Source of the DNA: Desulfobacter sp.
Lineage (GTDB): Bacteria > Desulfobacterota > Desulfobacteria > Desulfobacterales > Desulfobacteraceae
Direction of reading: 5' to 3'
Assembly (NCBI GenBank): GCA_030145005.1
Contig: JAQYWJ010000001.1
Span: 1-62,227 of the forward strand
Length of the DNA stretch: 62,227 nucleotides
Part shown: positions 51,001-60,582 of the stretch, piece after piece
Numbering within the stretch: the stretch's first letter is position 1
Layout: the number at the start of each line of letters is the position of its first letter
Position numbers and translations under genes: made by a program
The notes under the pieces: model-generated
What the model was told of the DNA's origin: nothing
Seen by the model: only the letters and a program-made list of their open reading frames with translations
The model's database searches: none

Positions 51001-53123
51001 TCGAATTCCCCTTGTCCTTTGCCTTGACGACCCCAGCTCATGATAAGTTCACCACTACTGTTCAGTTTCTGGATTCGATGGCTGGTTGTTTCCACGACAT
51101 AAAAATTTCCTGTTGAATCTGTCGCCAGGGTACCGGGTTGGTTTGACCATGTACTACCGATATCCTCCTGGTGGCTTAAATCACCGCCATAGCGGCGTAT
51201 GCGGTTATTAGCGGAGTCGGCAACGAATGTTGTCGCGCCATCGAAGCTGATACCAACGGGATTGTTGAACCCGTCCGCGGCAGGTGCGGCATCGGGATTC
51301 AATATGAAATCCGCGTTTGGGCGATAAACTTTTACCCTGTTATTACCTGAATCTGCGATCCACAAGGCATTGTCATGTTTGTTGTATGCCACATAGGCAG
51401 GGGCATACAGATAGTTATCAGAAAGGCGCGCTTGCCAGAGATCACCAACCTGGTCAGGTACATCACCATCATTTTTTACATTACCATTCGCAGCATAAAC
51501 CGTCCCGCGCAGTACCTTTCCATTTGCGTTATCACTGACATAGACCTCACCACGATTATCAACGGCAACACCGGCAGGAGCCAGGGTGTCCGGCCCCATG
51601 TTTGGTTGCCAATGACATAAATAATTGCCATTTGTACTATCAAGGCGCTGGATTCGGTTATTGGCAGATTCAGCAACATATAGATAGAGGTGCTTGGGAT
51701 CCAGGGCCAGGCCGAGAGGGGTGTCAAATTCCCGGTTGCCGTTACCACTACCGCCACCGGCCTTTTCCCAGTCGGCATCATGATCGTAGCCGGTGCCTGC
51801 AGCATTAACACGCCATTTAGAGACACGGTGCCAGCTCTTATCGGCAACATACAGGGAACGATTACGATCACTGCAGACGGCAACGGGTTCCCATAAGGCC
51901 TGGGCAACGGCATGGGCATCTGAGGCGCCACTCGCGCCGCTTGGAGCACCAAACTCGCTAAGGTAACTCCGACCAAAAACCGGAAAAACACTGCGCCTGA
52001 TGGAACGTGGGCCATTACCCGTGATTTCAAGACGCAGGACCTGGACGCGATGGTTACCGGTATCGGCAACGGCCAGCCATTCATTCTCATCCACTTCATG
52101 TCGCGGCACGACTGTCAGGTCTGTCGGGTCTTTAAACTGTAAATTACCGGAACCCCTTGAACCTATGCGCCGCCAATATTCATATTTACCGGATTCCCCA
52201 TCGTCATTCTCAAGGTGGAAAACGATAATCCTATCATTGCCTGTATCGGCGACATAGAGGTTACGGTATTGATCAACGGTCAGACCACCCGGAGAGTCAA
52301 AACCATAATTAATAGTTTCACAGAGATAACCATTCGGATAGAAACGGCGAATATCATTGCCGTCTATCATGAAGACAAAACCATGCAGGTCGGTTGTCAA
52401 AGGACCGGTTGTCTGAAAACTGCCTTGTCCCAAGCGGCCTGTCGGTGCTTCAGGTGGATCGATACAGGCCTTTGGCGACGCGGGTGGGGTTGGCCGATTC
52501 GTTTCCACGGTTGGCCATACATTGTGATAGGGATAGCGATCATCTTCGCCAATTGGGATGTATTTGTCGTCTGTGACGTCGGCACTATGGTCGTAACCGA
52601 TACCTGTTATTGTGTCATCAAAAAAAATGTCATTGTCGGACAGGTAAAAACGCAAGGTATGCTGCGGTATGGCAATAGGATTCCTGATATTAGAGGGGTC
52701 GAAGTCGGTATAGGATAGTTGCAACCTGCCGGACAGGCCGATGTAGATCTCGAGGGGGGCGTCGATATTAGTGTAATTAAGGATCCCGCCCAGGCGGCGT
52801 CTTACATAGTGTCGGGTTTCCCATTTGTCGGGTAAGGTGAACTGCTCGGTAGCAGGCGCTGAGGCAGGGATTATACGATTGGCTTCAGGCAGTGTTATGG
52901 TGAAGTAAGGGTTAAGATTATCAGCATCATCTTCATCGTAAGTTAATTCAACTGAAGCCAGGCCGTCAGCATCGGTGACATCATTCCCGGAGGAGATGTC
53001 CGGATCCCATAAAAACCGCTCATGTTCACAGAGGAGAGTGGCGTTAGGCACCGGGATCATTTCGCCACGACGCGTGTCGACGGTAAAGACCTTTACATAG
53101 ACCGTTGTGGTTGTAGTAGCCAT
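48078..53123 (-). CDS. Giant NHL-repeat beta-propeller protein with HEXXH metalloprotease domain
   Basis: 1681 aa; many FxxPxGIAVDxxxNIYVxDxxNxRVQKF repeats; TIAHEMAHW and AFTEAYA. Confidence 0.8.
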   Translation of the reverse strand: MATTTTTVYVKVFTVDTRRGEMIPVPNATLLCEHERFLWDPDISSGNDVTDADGLASVELTYDEDDADNLNPYFTITLPEANRIIPASAPATEQFTLPDKWETRHYVRRRLGGILNYTNIDAPLEIYIGLSGRLQLSYTDFDPSNIRNPIAIPQHTLRFYLSDNDIFFDDTITGIGYDHSADVTDDKYIPIGEDDRYPYHNVWPTVETNRPTPPASPKACIDPPEAPTGRLGQGSFQTTGPLTTDLHGFVFMIDGNDIRRFYPNGYLCETINYGFDSPGGLTVDQYRNLYVADTGNDRIIVFHLENDDGESGKYEYWRRIGSRGSGNLQFKDPTDLTVVPRHEVDENEWLAVADTGNHRVQVLRLEITGNGPRSIRRSVFPVFGRSYLSEFGAPSGASGASDAHAVAQALWEPVAVCSDRNRSLYVADKSWHRVSKWRVNAAGTGYDHDADWEKAGGGSGNGNREFDTPLGLALDPKHLYLYVAESANNRIQRLDSTNGNYLCHWQPNMGPDTLAPAGVAVDNRGEVYVSDNANGKVLRGTVYAANGNVKNDGDVPDQVGDLWQARLSDNYLYAPAYVAYNKHDNALWIADSGNNRVKVYRPNADFILNPDAAPAADGFNNPVGISFDGATTFVADSANNRIRRYGGDLSHQEDIGSTWSNQPGTLATDSTGNFYVVETTSHRIQKLNSSGELIMSWGRQGKGQGEFDQPHSVAVDSSDNIYVSDGRNNRVQKFDSSGVSITKWGGSGRRDGEFDEPKGIAIDSSDNVFVVDHNNHRVQKFDSAGVHIDSFGTSGPVGEQLHSPIGITIDSSNNIYVSDSDIASNEVKKFDPAGSYLLKWGGFNEPQGLSVDNSDNIYVADKNSHRFQKFDSSGALQATGGGTQGSADGEMDSPAGLVINNASDKIFVADTNNNRIQEFDLSGTFVSKWGEGGIHDNEFNNPRGIEYVSRESGSALYVAEQGNDRIKRIDAHGGISHLIEAAPGDSLSNPEDVTSDSAGYLYVADTGKNRILKYDDEDNYLREITPTNASLAFAAPSGISIVENKFQNTTVIELLVTDRGNNRILLMDQTGSVLAYWDFMNFVRQQVTGHTSSGAIIHHRTYDTELSRLIRLDNPSNAVLNSHGLLIVSDTAHNQVRLLRIHTDFHANLFDLGEALPDISICCEADEDWRDELGLRISAGPDNSVSEIETNPSDDYSEDRYDKRHYFNHVEKMHSATNVLKVVRQAQHWLRHITREDDAGHRWEDKDLELYFNMRSTRGSSHGWGADTINLGEDPSGRSHDAWDDSTIAHEMAHWIFDYSCHPEIPYARVGGTHQRRDIISPNLAFTEAYAQYHQMFWGSGCEFGNINPLRGFKMSGGKGTLADIRTVQYDANKNPIPGSIVPQYLYGGATSAAAPTFDDPGKGMQNEGYLANTLWQMHHALIEPELLFADAGCFWYRHNNHLSSDKSQLFCNIFRQALRDFPESPTSEQNNNASRQYLLQVLSRAYGIDPDIAQIIQSIFEVNNQLMPVISVSEQIGGSAGPAIDQINVASGNAKTLIIQVKNAIGESLPGYNIKITVQTGTPGHYTLDAAPGPNTLHGRHAPSAPPATDLYRATDNDGEIPLTCTVPAATPAAAETLLISYQPDFDTDATFSPPTKNDNLEVTLQKLYLHELRWVGKTWTGTGNNFGAIVEKTFTVNIT

Positions 53124-56100
53124 TAAACAGATACTCCTGCACTTGCACTGCCGCCACCACCTACCGCACTATTTGCTGCGCCGAGCATATGATCGAATGC
53201 TTTTTCCGTGCGTTGCAAGCCGTCGAAGAATTCCGTTTCCAGTTCATTCAGCTTGTCGATAATAGGTTGCAATATGACAGTAAAGTCGATCTCTCCCAGT
53301 TTGTCTTCTAGCGCAGCCCAGGCCTGATCCATTGGTTCGCCGAGTATTGTCTTGGGATTGACCTTATCCACCAATCCGTTGATATCATCAAAAATGATCT
53401 GAATACTGTCTAGTAACTCAGACGGTTTGGTCTCATTCAGATGTTCACCAACATCAGCATGTACCACATCAAGTTGATCAATGACTCTTGATGGATCAAG
53501 CGCACTAATCATGGCGCGCACATCAGCAACAGCGTTATCAATATCGGTGGCAAGAAAATCAATCCTGATCCGGTCAACAATTCCTTTTATTTGATTGACC
53601 GTATCTTTCACTTCGTTAATCGCATCATCAAGATCAAGACCATCAATCAGCGCCAGGACCGCATCATAGGTTTCATCCAGCTCCGCAGAGATATCTTCGG
53701 GGCGGACGGGAATAACCTTTTCCTTTAAAGTCTCAAAGCGCGCATCCAGCTCTTCAAGGAAACGAGCCGGGTTAGCCAGGCGCATAATTCGTTTGAATGA
53801 TTCCTCGTTCAATAATTCCCTGGCGAACGGGGGCAGCATGTCCATCAGTCGGGTTTGCAATTCGTTATAGACGTCGACCAGGCCGCGCACATCGACATTG
53901 GTTTTCAGATTTTCAAGGGCGGTGATCAGGTTATTGTAGGTATTCACTATATCGTCTAGGAACAGTACCGGGTCTGCTTCTACAACCAGTCCCATCAGGT
54001 CCTGGTCGCCTGTGCCCTGTACCGCCAGACGGAGGTCAAAGTATTCGCCTTTAAGCTGGTTATAACCGGCAGAGACATTAACCGCCCTGACTGCAGCAAT
54101 AAGCTGGTCAATTTGATTATGCAGTGTTTGTGTTAATGTTTCCGGTTGCAGCTGTTCAAGCACCTGTAAGGGAGCCTGAAACATCTGATGTAATGCATTA
54201 ACTGTTTCCTGCTGGATATCTTCCAGAAAGCCCAGCAACGGCCCGGCCAGTTCCACCACAGGTTGGAAAACGACTGAAGGCTTGAAACGATCCAGCTCCT
54301 GTTCGATCTGGACAAATTCATCGGCAACAGGCGCCAGAATCTCTGATGGCCGGATATCACGCAGGTCATCCTGTGCTTTTGAGATTGCCGCCAGTAATTC
54401 ATCGAATACTTCGGTGACATTAAATTCGCTGACCAAGCCTTTAAGTTCATTTAGCGGATCATTGATCAGGGCTATAATTTCACTACCCTTTATTTCATCA
54501 AATATTGAAACAAAATCGGCAAATTTGTCTATCGCCGGGCTTAGAAGGACGCTGGGTTTGACGTCGTCGAAGGGATCAAGCACATATTTCTTATGCGCCT
54601 TGTCCAGCGGCGCCAGCATTGATTCAACGCTTAATGCGCCAAGTGATTCCTCAATTTTGTCAAATGCGGCAAACAAGCCGCTCAAAAGTTGCGAGGGACT
54701 GATTTCATCCAGTATCGACAGCGCCTCCTCATAGCGTTGCTGTAACTCCTCAATACCGGACTGCGGGATGGCCTTGATATTTTGAAACTGCTCACTTAAT
54801 GGTGATTTAACGGTACCGGTAAAATCAATATGAATGACCACTTCCAGCGCCAGTTTCAGAGCTTCACGGAGTATGTCGTTTAAGGAACCGGAATCAATTG
54901 ACTTTAGTTTCTCAGTGTTTTCATCTAACACATCAACGACCGGATCAATAATAATATCAAAATCAATCGGGATTAACTGTTCAATGATTTCATCAACCTT
55001 GGTTTTTAAATCTTCCAGCAACTGCGGCATATTGAGGCTATCAATATAGATCGTAAAGTTATTGATACCGGTAAGGGCCTGATCTCTATAGGAGCCAAGA
55101 GTGCCGTCAACTTCATCTAATAAAGCGGATACTTGTAAGATGGCCTGTTCGAGCCGCCCCTTGAGTGATTCAAGTTCTCCCTTGAGGCTAAAACTATCGG
55201 GGGCGGATGCATCTCCGCTGATGCTGTTCCTCATTGTCTCAAAAATTTCAGTAAGGCTGTCCTCAAAATGAAAACGAAAGGAACCATCGGGCTGGAATTC
55301 ACCGACACCTGAGGCCAATTCACGATACTGTGTTTGAATATCGTCAAAGTAGCTTTGGATTTGGCCGACAAAATCGGTAACACCCTGCTCAGCTGTGTAG
55401 GTGGCTTCGGCAACCGGGGTAAGCTGTTCATTCAGCACATCACCAATAGAAGGCAGATCAACTGTTTCGATTGTTTCCTGTAATGTATTAAAAAAGCCGA
55501 GCACTTCATCACGAACAAATGACAAGTCAATGTTCTCAATGGCTTCATCCAGCTTATCGAACAGGGCATTAAACGGGTCATTGATTTTCTGGACTTCATT
55601 AATGTTAACCCGTAGCGCGTTATTCAATTGTTTACGTAGATAATTTTCCAATGCATTAGCTTGAAATAGAGGATGTGCAGTGACCCCGCGTATATTTGAA
55701 AGCACCGGCCTAATATGTCTGTTCAGGTCGCGTAGTCCTCTTGTTATGGGAACTATGGATGTTCTGAATGTGGCATAGTCAGTATTAATTTGTGTTATAG
55801 AAGTGCTGTATAAACCGGTTAGCGTCGTTACAGCACTTGCCACCGGTTCCAATGCTGCCTGGAGACTATCCAAGATGGGAAATTCCTGGGTAAATCTAAT
55901 TATTGTTTGTACTTTTTCAAAGCCAAAAAGTTTCAGGGTTCTATCCAGGGCGCGCTGGTATATTTCGACTATGATATCTGCTGCATCGGATGAATCCGCG
56001 ACAGCCTCAATCAAGGGGGTAATCTCTGTAGAGAGACTCTGGATTGATGCAATCCATGCGGTGATGTCTTCAGCCTCTTTACCACCGAATTGGTTCAGGA

Positions 56101-56551
56101 GTGAGACAATTTGTTCTGTTAACGAGCTGATGACACCATTGCGATCCTCGGGGATGTTGTCAGAGATTTGCCTGATCGTGGTAATGATATTTTGTATGCC
56201 GGTAATTGCATCTCCAGAGAAAATATCCCTGGCATCCCTGAAATTATTGCCTATCTGTTGCAAATTTTCCGTCGGTATTAACTCGGTTACGGTCTTTAAA
56301 GCCGGATAAAGGTTGCTGACAGTAGAAACCGTATCAGTTAAATCACTGCTGAGTAAGCTGGAGAAATTGGCTGATATACTGTTCTCCACATCGTCAAATA
56401 ATTGCTGGGGAGGCTGCGCTAATAATCCTGCTGCACCAGCATAACCGGAGCCGGGAACGTCACCCTCCTGCTCTACTCCCAATAAGTCAATGGCAGTAGT
56501 CATAATGGTTTGCAAACTTTGCAAATTCTGAGTCAATGAAGCTTCCGGCAT
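53123..56551 (-). CDS. Tape-measure-like alpha-helical repeat protein
   Basis: 1142 aa, acidic and amphipathic-helical, with recurring [ILV]xPSx[LV]LxP units; lies between the tube genes and the hub. Confidence 0.55.
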   Translation of the reverse strand: MPEASLTQNLQSLQTIMTTAIDLLGVEQEGDVPGSGYAGAAGLLAQPPQQLFDDVENSISANFSSLLSSDLTDTVSTVSNLYPALKTVTELIPTENLQQIGNNFRDARDIFSGDAITGIQNIITTIRQISDNIPEDRNGVISSLTEQIVSLLNQFGGKEAEDITAWIASIQSLSTEITPLIEAVADSSDAADIIVEIYQRALDRTLKLFGFEKVQTIIRFTQEFPILDSLQAALEPVASAVTTLTGLYSTSITQINTDYATFRTSIVPITRGLRDLNRHIRPVLSNIRGVTAHPLFQANALENYLRKQLNNALRVNINEVQKINDPFNALFDKLDEAIENIDLSFVRDEVLGFFNTLQETIETVDLPSIGDVLNEQLTPVAEATYTAEQGVTDFVGQIQSYFDDIQTQYRELASGVGEFQPDGSFRFHFEDSLTEIFETMRNSISGDASAPDSFSLKGELESLKGRLEQAILQVSALLDEVDGTLGSYRDQALTGINNFTIYIDSLNMPQLLEDLKTKVDEIIEQLIPIDFDIIIDPVVDVLDENTEKLKSIDSGSLNDILREALKLALEVVIHIDFTGTVKSPLSEQFQNIKAIPQSGIEELQQRYEEALSILDEISPSQLLSGLFAAFDKIEESLGALSVESMLAPLDKAHKKYVLDPFDDVKPSVLLSPAIDKFADFVSIFDEIKGSEIIALINDPLNELKGLVSEFNVTEVFDELLAAISKAQDDLRDIRPSEILAPVADEFVQIEQELDRFKPSVVFQPVVELAGPLLGFLEDIQQETVNALHQMFQAPLQVLEQLQPETLTQTLHNQIDQLIAAVRAVNVSAGYNQLKGEYFDLRLAVQGTGDQDLMGLVVEADPVLFLDDIVNTYNNLITALENLKTNVDVRGLVDVYNELQTRLMDMLPPFARELLNEESFKRIMRLANPARFLEELDARFETLKEKVIPVRPEDISAELDETYDAVLALIDGLDLDDAINEVKDTVNQIKGIVDRIRIDFLATDIDNAVADVRAMISALDPSRVIDQLDVVHADVGEHLNETKPSELLDSIQIIFDDINGLVDKVNPKTILGEPMDQAWAALEDKLGEIDFTVILQPIIDKLNELETEFFDGLQRTEKAFDHMLGAANSAVGGGGSASAGVSV

Positions 56552-56569
56552 AAACTTATTCCTGTTTAT

Positions 56570-57169
56570 CTAATCATTCGTACCAAAAATATTCTGCAAA
56601 GGAGTCAACGCATCATCCAGGCCTGACATGGCGCTTGTCACGCCATCCAGAGCGGAGGTCAAATCATCTGTCGGGTCTGACAAATCGGGTACGCTGCCTA
56701 TTGAATCAATCACGTCCAGGGCTCCGGTTACTGAGTCGATAAAATTTCCGGCTTGGTCCAACAAATCCGTATCAATCCCACCCAATGGGTCTGGTGGTGG
56801 AGGCGGCGGCGGGCTTTCTTTTAATATGATGAAATAATCCATTTGATCCGGCTTCAAGCCGTTTTCTTCAAACCGCAGTGTTTCAATAATCACGTACTGC
56901 ACTTCAGTAGCCGTAACGATGTCACCGAGGAACGTCACGGGTTCTCCTTCGCGGAATTTGCCACGGAGTTCTTCTAAAAATTCGTTGCGTGTTTCATCTC
57001 CGTACAAACTACCGCATATCGCCACACGCGTTGGTCCGGTATTCATATCTTGAAACAGGCTGCCAACACGGCCCGGAATATCAAGCTCAACAAAATTTCT
57101 TTTTTCCAGTGATTGTATGAATTGGATACGTGGAATTTCCCAATCACCTAACACGGGTTTTACATTCAT
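56570..57169 (-). CDS. Tube initiator (Mu gpN DNA-circularisation N-terminal / gpU-like)
   Basis: FVELDIPGRVGSLFQDMNTGPTRVAICG...YFIILKE tube-fold pattern, followed by a poly-Pro linker. Confidence 0.65.
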   Translation of the reverse strand: MNVKPVLGDWEIPRIQFIQSLEKRNFVELDIPGRVGSLFQDMNTGPTRVAICGSLYGDETRNEFLEELRGKFREGEPVTFLGDIVTATEVQYVIIETLRFEENGLKPDQMDYFIILKESPPPPPPPDPLGGIDTDLLDQAGNFIDSVTGALDVIDSIGSVPDLSDPTDDLTSALDGVTSAMSGLDDALTPLQNIFGTND

Positions 57170-58497
57170 GACAAATCTACCCCATGACGCTTGGCTTGTT
57201 CCACAAGCACCTCATTAACTAAGGTGGTAAGCGCATCTTTATCCAGCGTATTCACCGCCATAGAGATAGCAAAATCTGCGCTTGTAGCGTTGCTAAGCTG
57301 CCTTGATGGAGTATCCCCTTTTTGCAAATGAAATTTCATACTCTGTTTACTGTGTGCGTCTTCTATATTTAAACGACTGTAATTGCCGCCCTGTTCATCA
57401 CTTTGAAGCGTATTTGAATCAATTTGCATCTTTGACTTTACACTCTTATCCGTTTGTGACAGCAGCAATTCCTCCGCCATCATGCCAATTTGGGCAAGAC
57501 TGTTTGATAAGGTTTGGCGGCTATTGATAGTTAAATCATTGCCGGCGACTTGACTGATGTTGGACTTCGCATCTTTTTCATACGTTCCGCCGGCACCGCT
57601 ATAGCTGCTGCTTGCCGGTGTATTATCCCGTTGCCCTTGCAGATGGCTTGCCGTATCTGAGTGCTTAAGCGATCGGCCCTTCAGTTCAGCAGGCCACGGC
57701 GCCATGGCTACGGAAGACGCGTCGGTCGATATAGTACTTGCCTTATTGAATGCGTTATCAGTACGTTCATGGAAACGCCGGTAATTACTATCCACATTAG
57801 CTTTCTTTTCCTGTTTAGCAGACGTTTCTTCATCCAGAATCCGCTTCACCAGGTTATCAACGACAACCAATGTATTTTCTAAAGCATCACCACTCTGTAA
57901 AGGGCTTTGATTTGTATTGGCTGCACTTGACAACGGTTCTATAGGGGCGTTAATAGAAGTTGCGACGTTCAAATTATCAAACCCTGACGCTTGTCGTACG
58001 GATTTATTATTGTGTTTCGTCGGTAGTTCTAACGTTGTATCTCGCACTGTGAACCGTTGCACACGCGAAACCGATGAAGCAGAATCGTTCATCGCAACAA
58101 CGTTGCCATTATTGCCTTTGCAGGGCGGACTTCCGTTGGTTGACTGACTCCGATGGTCCTGCTTATTGCGCTTTGCCAGCGAATTCGTTTGTGGCTCTCC
58201 GTCTTTTGGCTGTCTATCGTGATACCGCTCAGAATCGTTGTTGCGGTTACGCCGATGCGTTTTATCTGTCGCCGGATTAGTCCCTGTTTCAATATTCGTG
58301 TCGGACTGTAACCCATCAAAGGGCGAAAAATCCACTAGTGGCAAACTATCATTTAAATCCTCACATAGCCGTTCAACCAAGATTATGTTTTCCAAACCAC
58401 TGGGAAGCGGATGAGACAATGCATCAACCACATCTCGAAAAGACTTAACCGCCTGCCGCAAATTCTCTGATTGGTCACTATTTTTTTTCGACGCCAT
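57166..58497 (-). CDS. Low-complexity, probably disordered CIS protein
   Basis: 443 aa, rich in S/N/Q/D, with short helical termini; GAGGGG ribosome-binding site; overlaps both neighbours. Confidence 0.65.
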   Translation of the reverse strand: MASKKNSDQSENLRQAVKSFRDVVDALSHPLPSGLENIILVERLCEDLNDSLPLVDFSPFDGLQSDTNIETGTNPATDKTHRRNRNNDSERYHDRQPKDGEPQTNSLAKRNKQDHRSQSTNGSPPCKGNNGNVVAMNDSASSVSRVQRFTVRDTTLELPTKHNNKSVRQASGFDNLNVATSINAPIEPLSSAANTNQSPLQSGDALENTLVVVDNLVKRILDEETSAKQEKKANVDSNYRRFHERTDNAFNKASTISTDASSVAMAPWPAELKGRSLKHSDTASHLQGQRDNTPASSSYSGAGGTYEKDAKSNISQVAGNDLTINSRQTLSNSLAQIGMMAEELLLSQTDKSVKSKMQIDSNTLQSDEQGGNYSRLNIEDAHSKQSMKFHLQKGDTPSRQLSNATSADFAISMAVNTLDKDALTTLVNEVLVEQAKRHGVDLS

Positions 58498-58963
58498 GTT
58501 CCCCTCGCAACATTTGCAGATTGAGTAACACTTGCCCCAACGTCAGCTCATTAACTTGCTGTGGTGTCCAACCAAACTCTTTGGCTAACACAAAGGCTGC
58601 TTTGATTAACGGCGCATCTACTGCTTCATTGATTTGCTCTTGGCTAGCGGTTATACCACTGATCTCGTTAACATGTTGCAATAAGTACTGGACTAACCCA
58701 ATGTGCATACCGTTGACCTGTGCTACGGTCATTTGCGGTTCCACCAGCGCACGCTGCACCATTAATGTCGCCATTAGAGAATCACTTTCTTTGGCGGCAC
58801 GGGAAATGAGCTGCAGATCGTGCACTGTGAGTGGACGTAATCGCACGGTATTTTTGGTGTCGGCATCATCATGTTGCTGTTCGGCCGGATGTAAGATATC
58901 GGGAGGAATCTCAATCTCGAAATCCAGGGTGCCGCCTGCCAATAATTCTTCACCGTTTAACAT
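58478..58963 (-). CDS. Tail assembly chaperone-like protein
   Basis: VRLRPLTVHDL, ALVEPQMT...VNEISG and C-terminal EFGWTPQQVNELTL (gpE'-like); directly follows the tube gene. Confidence 0.7.
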   Translation of the reverse strand: MLNGEELLAGGTLDFEIEIPPDILHPAEQQHDDADTKNTVRLRPLTVHDLQLISRAAKESDSLMATLMVQRALVEPQMTVAQVNGMHIGLVQYLLQHVNEISGITASQEQINEAVDAPLIKAAFVLAKEFGWTPQQVNELTLGQVLLNLQMLRGEHGVEKK

Positions 58964-59457
58964 TACGCTGCATCCGCCACTGTCATATACAAGGCTTGAA
59001 AGCTAATTGATTCCATGAGGAAGTCATCTTCCGGCATGTTGTAATTCCAACTATCCAACTTAACACCATGCAATGTTACTGTGTTATTTACATCAGGGTT
59101 TGCCGGATTTTCCACCATTAACGTCACGTTAAAACTGGGTTGCGCCCAACTTGTGGCGGGACGGCTGGACGCCGCTTCGCCTAGTAACAGTTTTAACATT
59201 GCACCATTGATGTACGCCCGCCCGATGGTACCGCGTATGGTGACATTACCAGGCCGCAATTCCGTGGCATAACGTTGACCTATCTCATGGAACGCTTTGA
59301 CATCCGATTGTACTTCCACCGCGACATTCTGCACCCGGCCTACGCTAATCATGTCGTATTCGGTAAGGACCTCTTGGGCTTTCTCACCTTCAGTGCCTTC
59401 CGGGGTGGAAAGTGTTATTGAACCATCTGCGCCAGTGAATACATTTATGTTTGCCAT
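58963..59457 (-). CDS. Tail tube protein
   Basis: 164 aa directly after the sheath; VGRVQNV...HEIG...GNVTIRGTI...VTLHGVKLDSWN...ESISFQAL. Confidence 0.85.
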   Translation of the reverse strand: MANINVFTGADGSITLSTPEGTEGEKAQEVLTEYDMISVGRVQNVAVEVQSDVKAFHEIGQRYATELRPGNVTIRGTIGRAYINGAMLKLLLGEAASSRPATSWAQPSFNVTLMVENPANPDVNNTVTLHGVKLDSWNYNMPEDDFLMESISFQALYMTVADAA

Positions 59458-59470
59458 GTCCTAAGCCTCC

Positions 59471-60547
59471 TTATGAAAGAGCCAATGTTACGCGGATGTA
59501 ATCAATGCTGAATGTGGGCTGCATAGCGACGTTGACAATAGCCCGCCCTGCAATTTCATCCGGACGTGTTGCGGTCACTTCGACTGAATAACGCGTCAGC
59601 GATTCATCTTGAACCATGGTGGTGAGAAAACCATCAATAGCACCCTGTAATGCTGCGCGCACGCGTTGGTTGTTTAAACGTCCGATAAAAGGATTACTCA
59701 CTTGTCGGATGCCGGCTTTAGCAAAATCGGTAATACGTCGCGTGGTAATTTGGCTAAACGGACCATTTTCAGAGGCTTGCGTCGTTAATCCCCGAACCAC
59801 ACGAATACCCCGGCGATCTTCCAATGCAGCGACACCACCTGTGAGTAAATCTTTGGTTTCTCCATAGGAAAATTTTTGTTCTAATTTAGTCACACCGGAA
59901 AGAACTTTATTGGTAGGACTTGTTTGCACTGCTAAGCTACTTATTAAGCCTGCTAATGCTGCCGCCGTATAGCGGCCATTTAACACAACGTCCGCCTCCC
60001 CGGCTGCGTCATAGGCATAGATACCCGGCGCGGTCATAATCACCCGTTTATTGGACGTCACCTGTCCGGTAATATCTGATGCTGCGGATTGGTCTGAGCC
60101 GATCACTGCAATCACGTCTTTGCCATTGCCCTCCGCACTGTCAACAATACTCCCTAACACCGCTTTTGCTTGATCTGTGGTCAATTCCGGCGCTACTAAT
60201 ATATTGACATTTTCTTTAATGACTTCATCAAATCCATCAGAAAAATCAGCTTGCGATGCCCCGGCTGCCAGCGAATGAGCATAAATCGTTCTCGCACCGT
60301 TTCTAAATAGCAGTTCGATGCTACGCGTTAGGTTTAACGTTTCGGCACTATAAGCATCGTACATTCCTAAAGTGGTTCGGGCCGTATCCCAATCCGATAG
60401 ATTGTGGGTTTCGCCATTCCCTTCACCGGCGGTTCCCACAATACCGATGTTTCCCGCTGAAATTCCGCCGGCACTAATCAGGGCTTCTGCTTGCACCCGT
60501 ATATACGTGCCTGGAATAATTTGTTCTGCAAATTGGTCTTCTGCCAT
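59471..60547 (-). CDS. Contractile tail sheath protein
   Basis: PGTYI, GIVGTA, AAALAG, IRVVRGLTT, ITTRRITD, FIGRLNN and VAMQPTFSIDYIRVT. Confidence 0.93.
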   Translation of the reverse strand: MAEDQFAEQIIPGTYIRVQAEALISAGGISAGNIGIVGTAGEGNGETHNLSDWDTARTTLGMYDAYSAETLNLTRSIELLFRNGARTIYAHSLAAGASQADFSDGFDEVIKENVNILVAPELTTDQAKAVLGSIVDSAEGNGKDVIAVIGSDQSAASDITGQVTSNKRVIMTAPGIYAYDAAGEADVVLNGRYTAAALAGLISSLAVQTSPTNKVLSGVTKLEQKFSYGETKDLLTGGVAALEDRRGIRVVRGLTTQASENGPFSQITTRRITDFAKAGIRQVSNPFIGRLNNQRVRAALQGAIDGFLTTMVQDESLTRYSVEVTATRPDEIAGRAIVNVAMQPTFSIDYIRVTLALS

Positions 60548-60582
60548 GGACTCATCCTCCTGTTTAGTGCTGATTTACCTCG

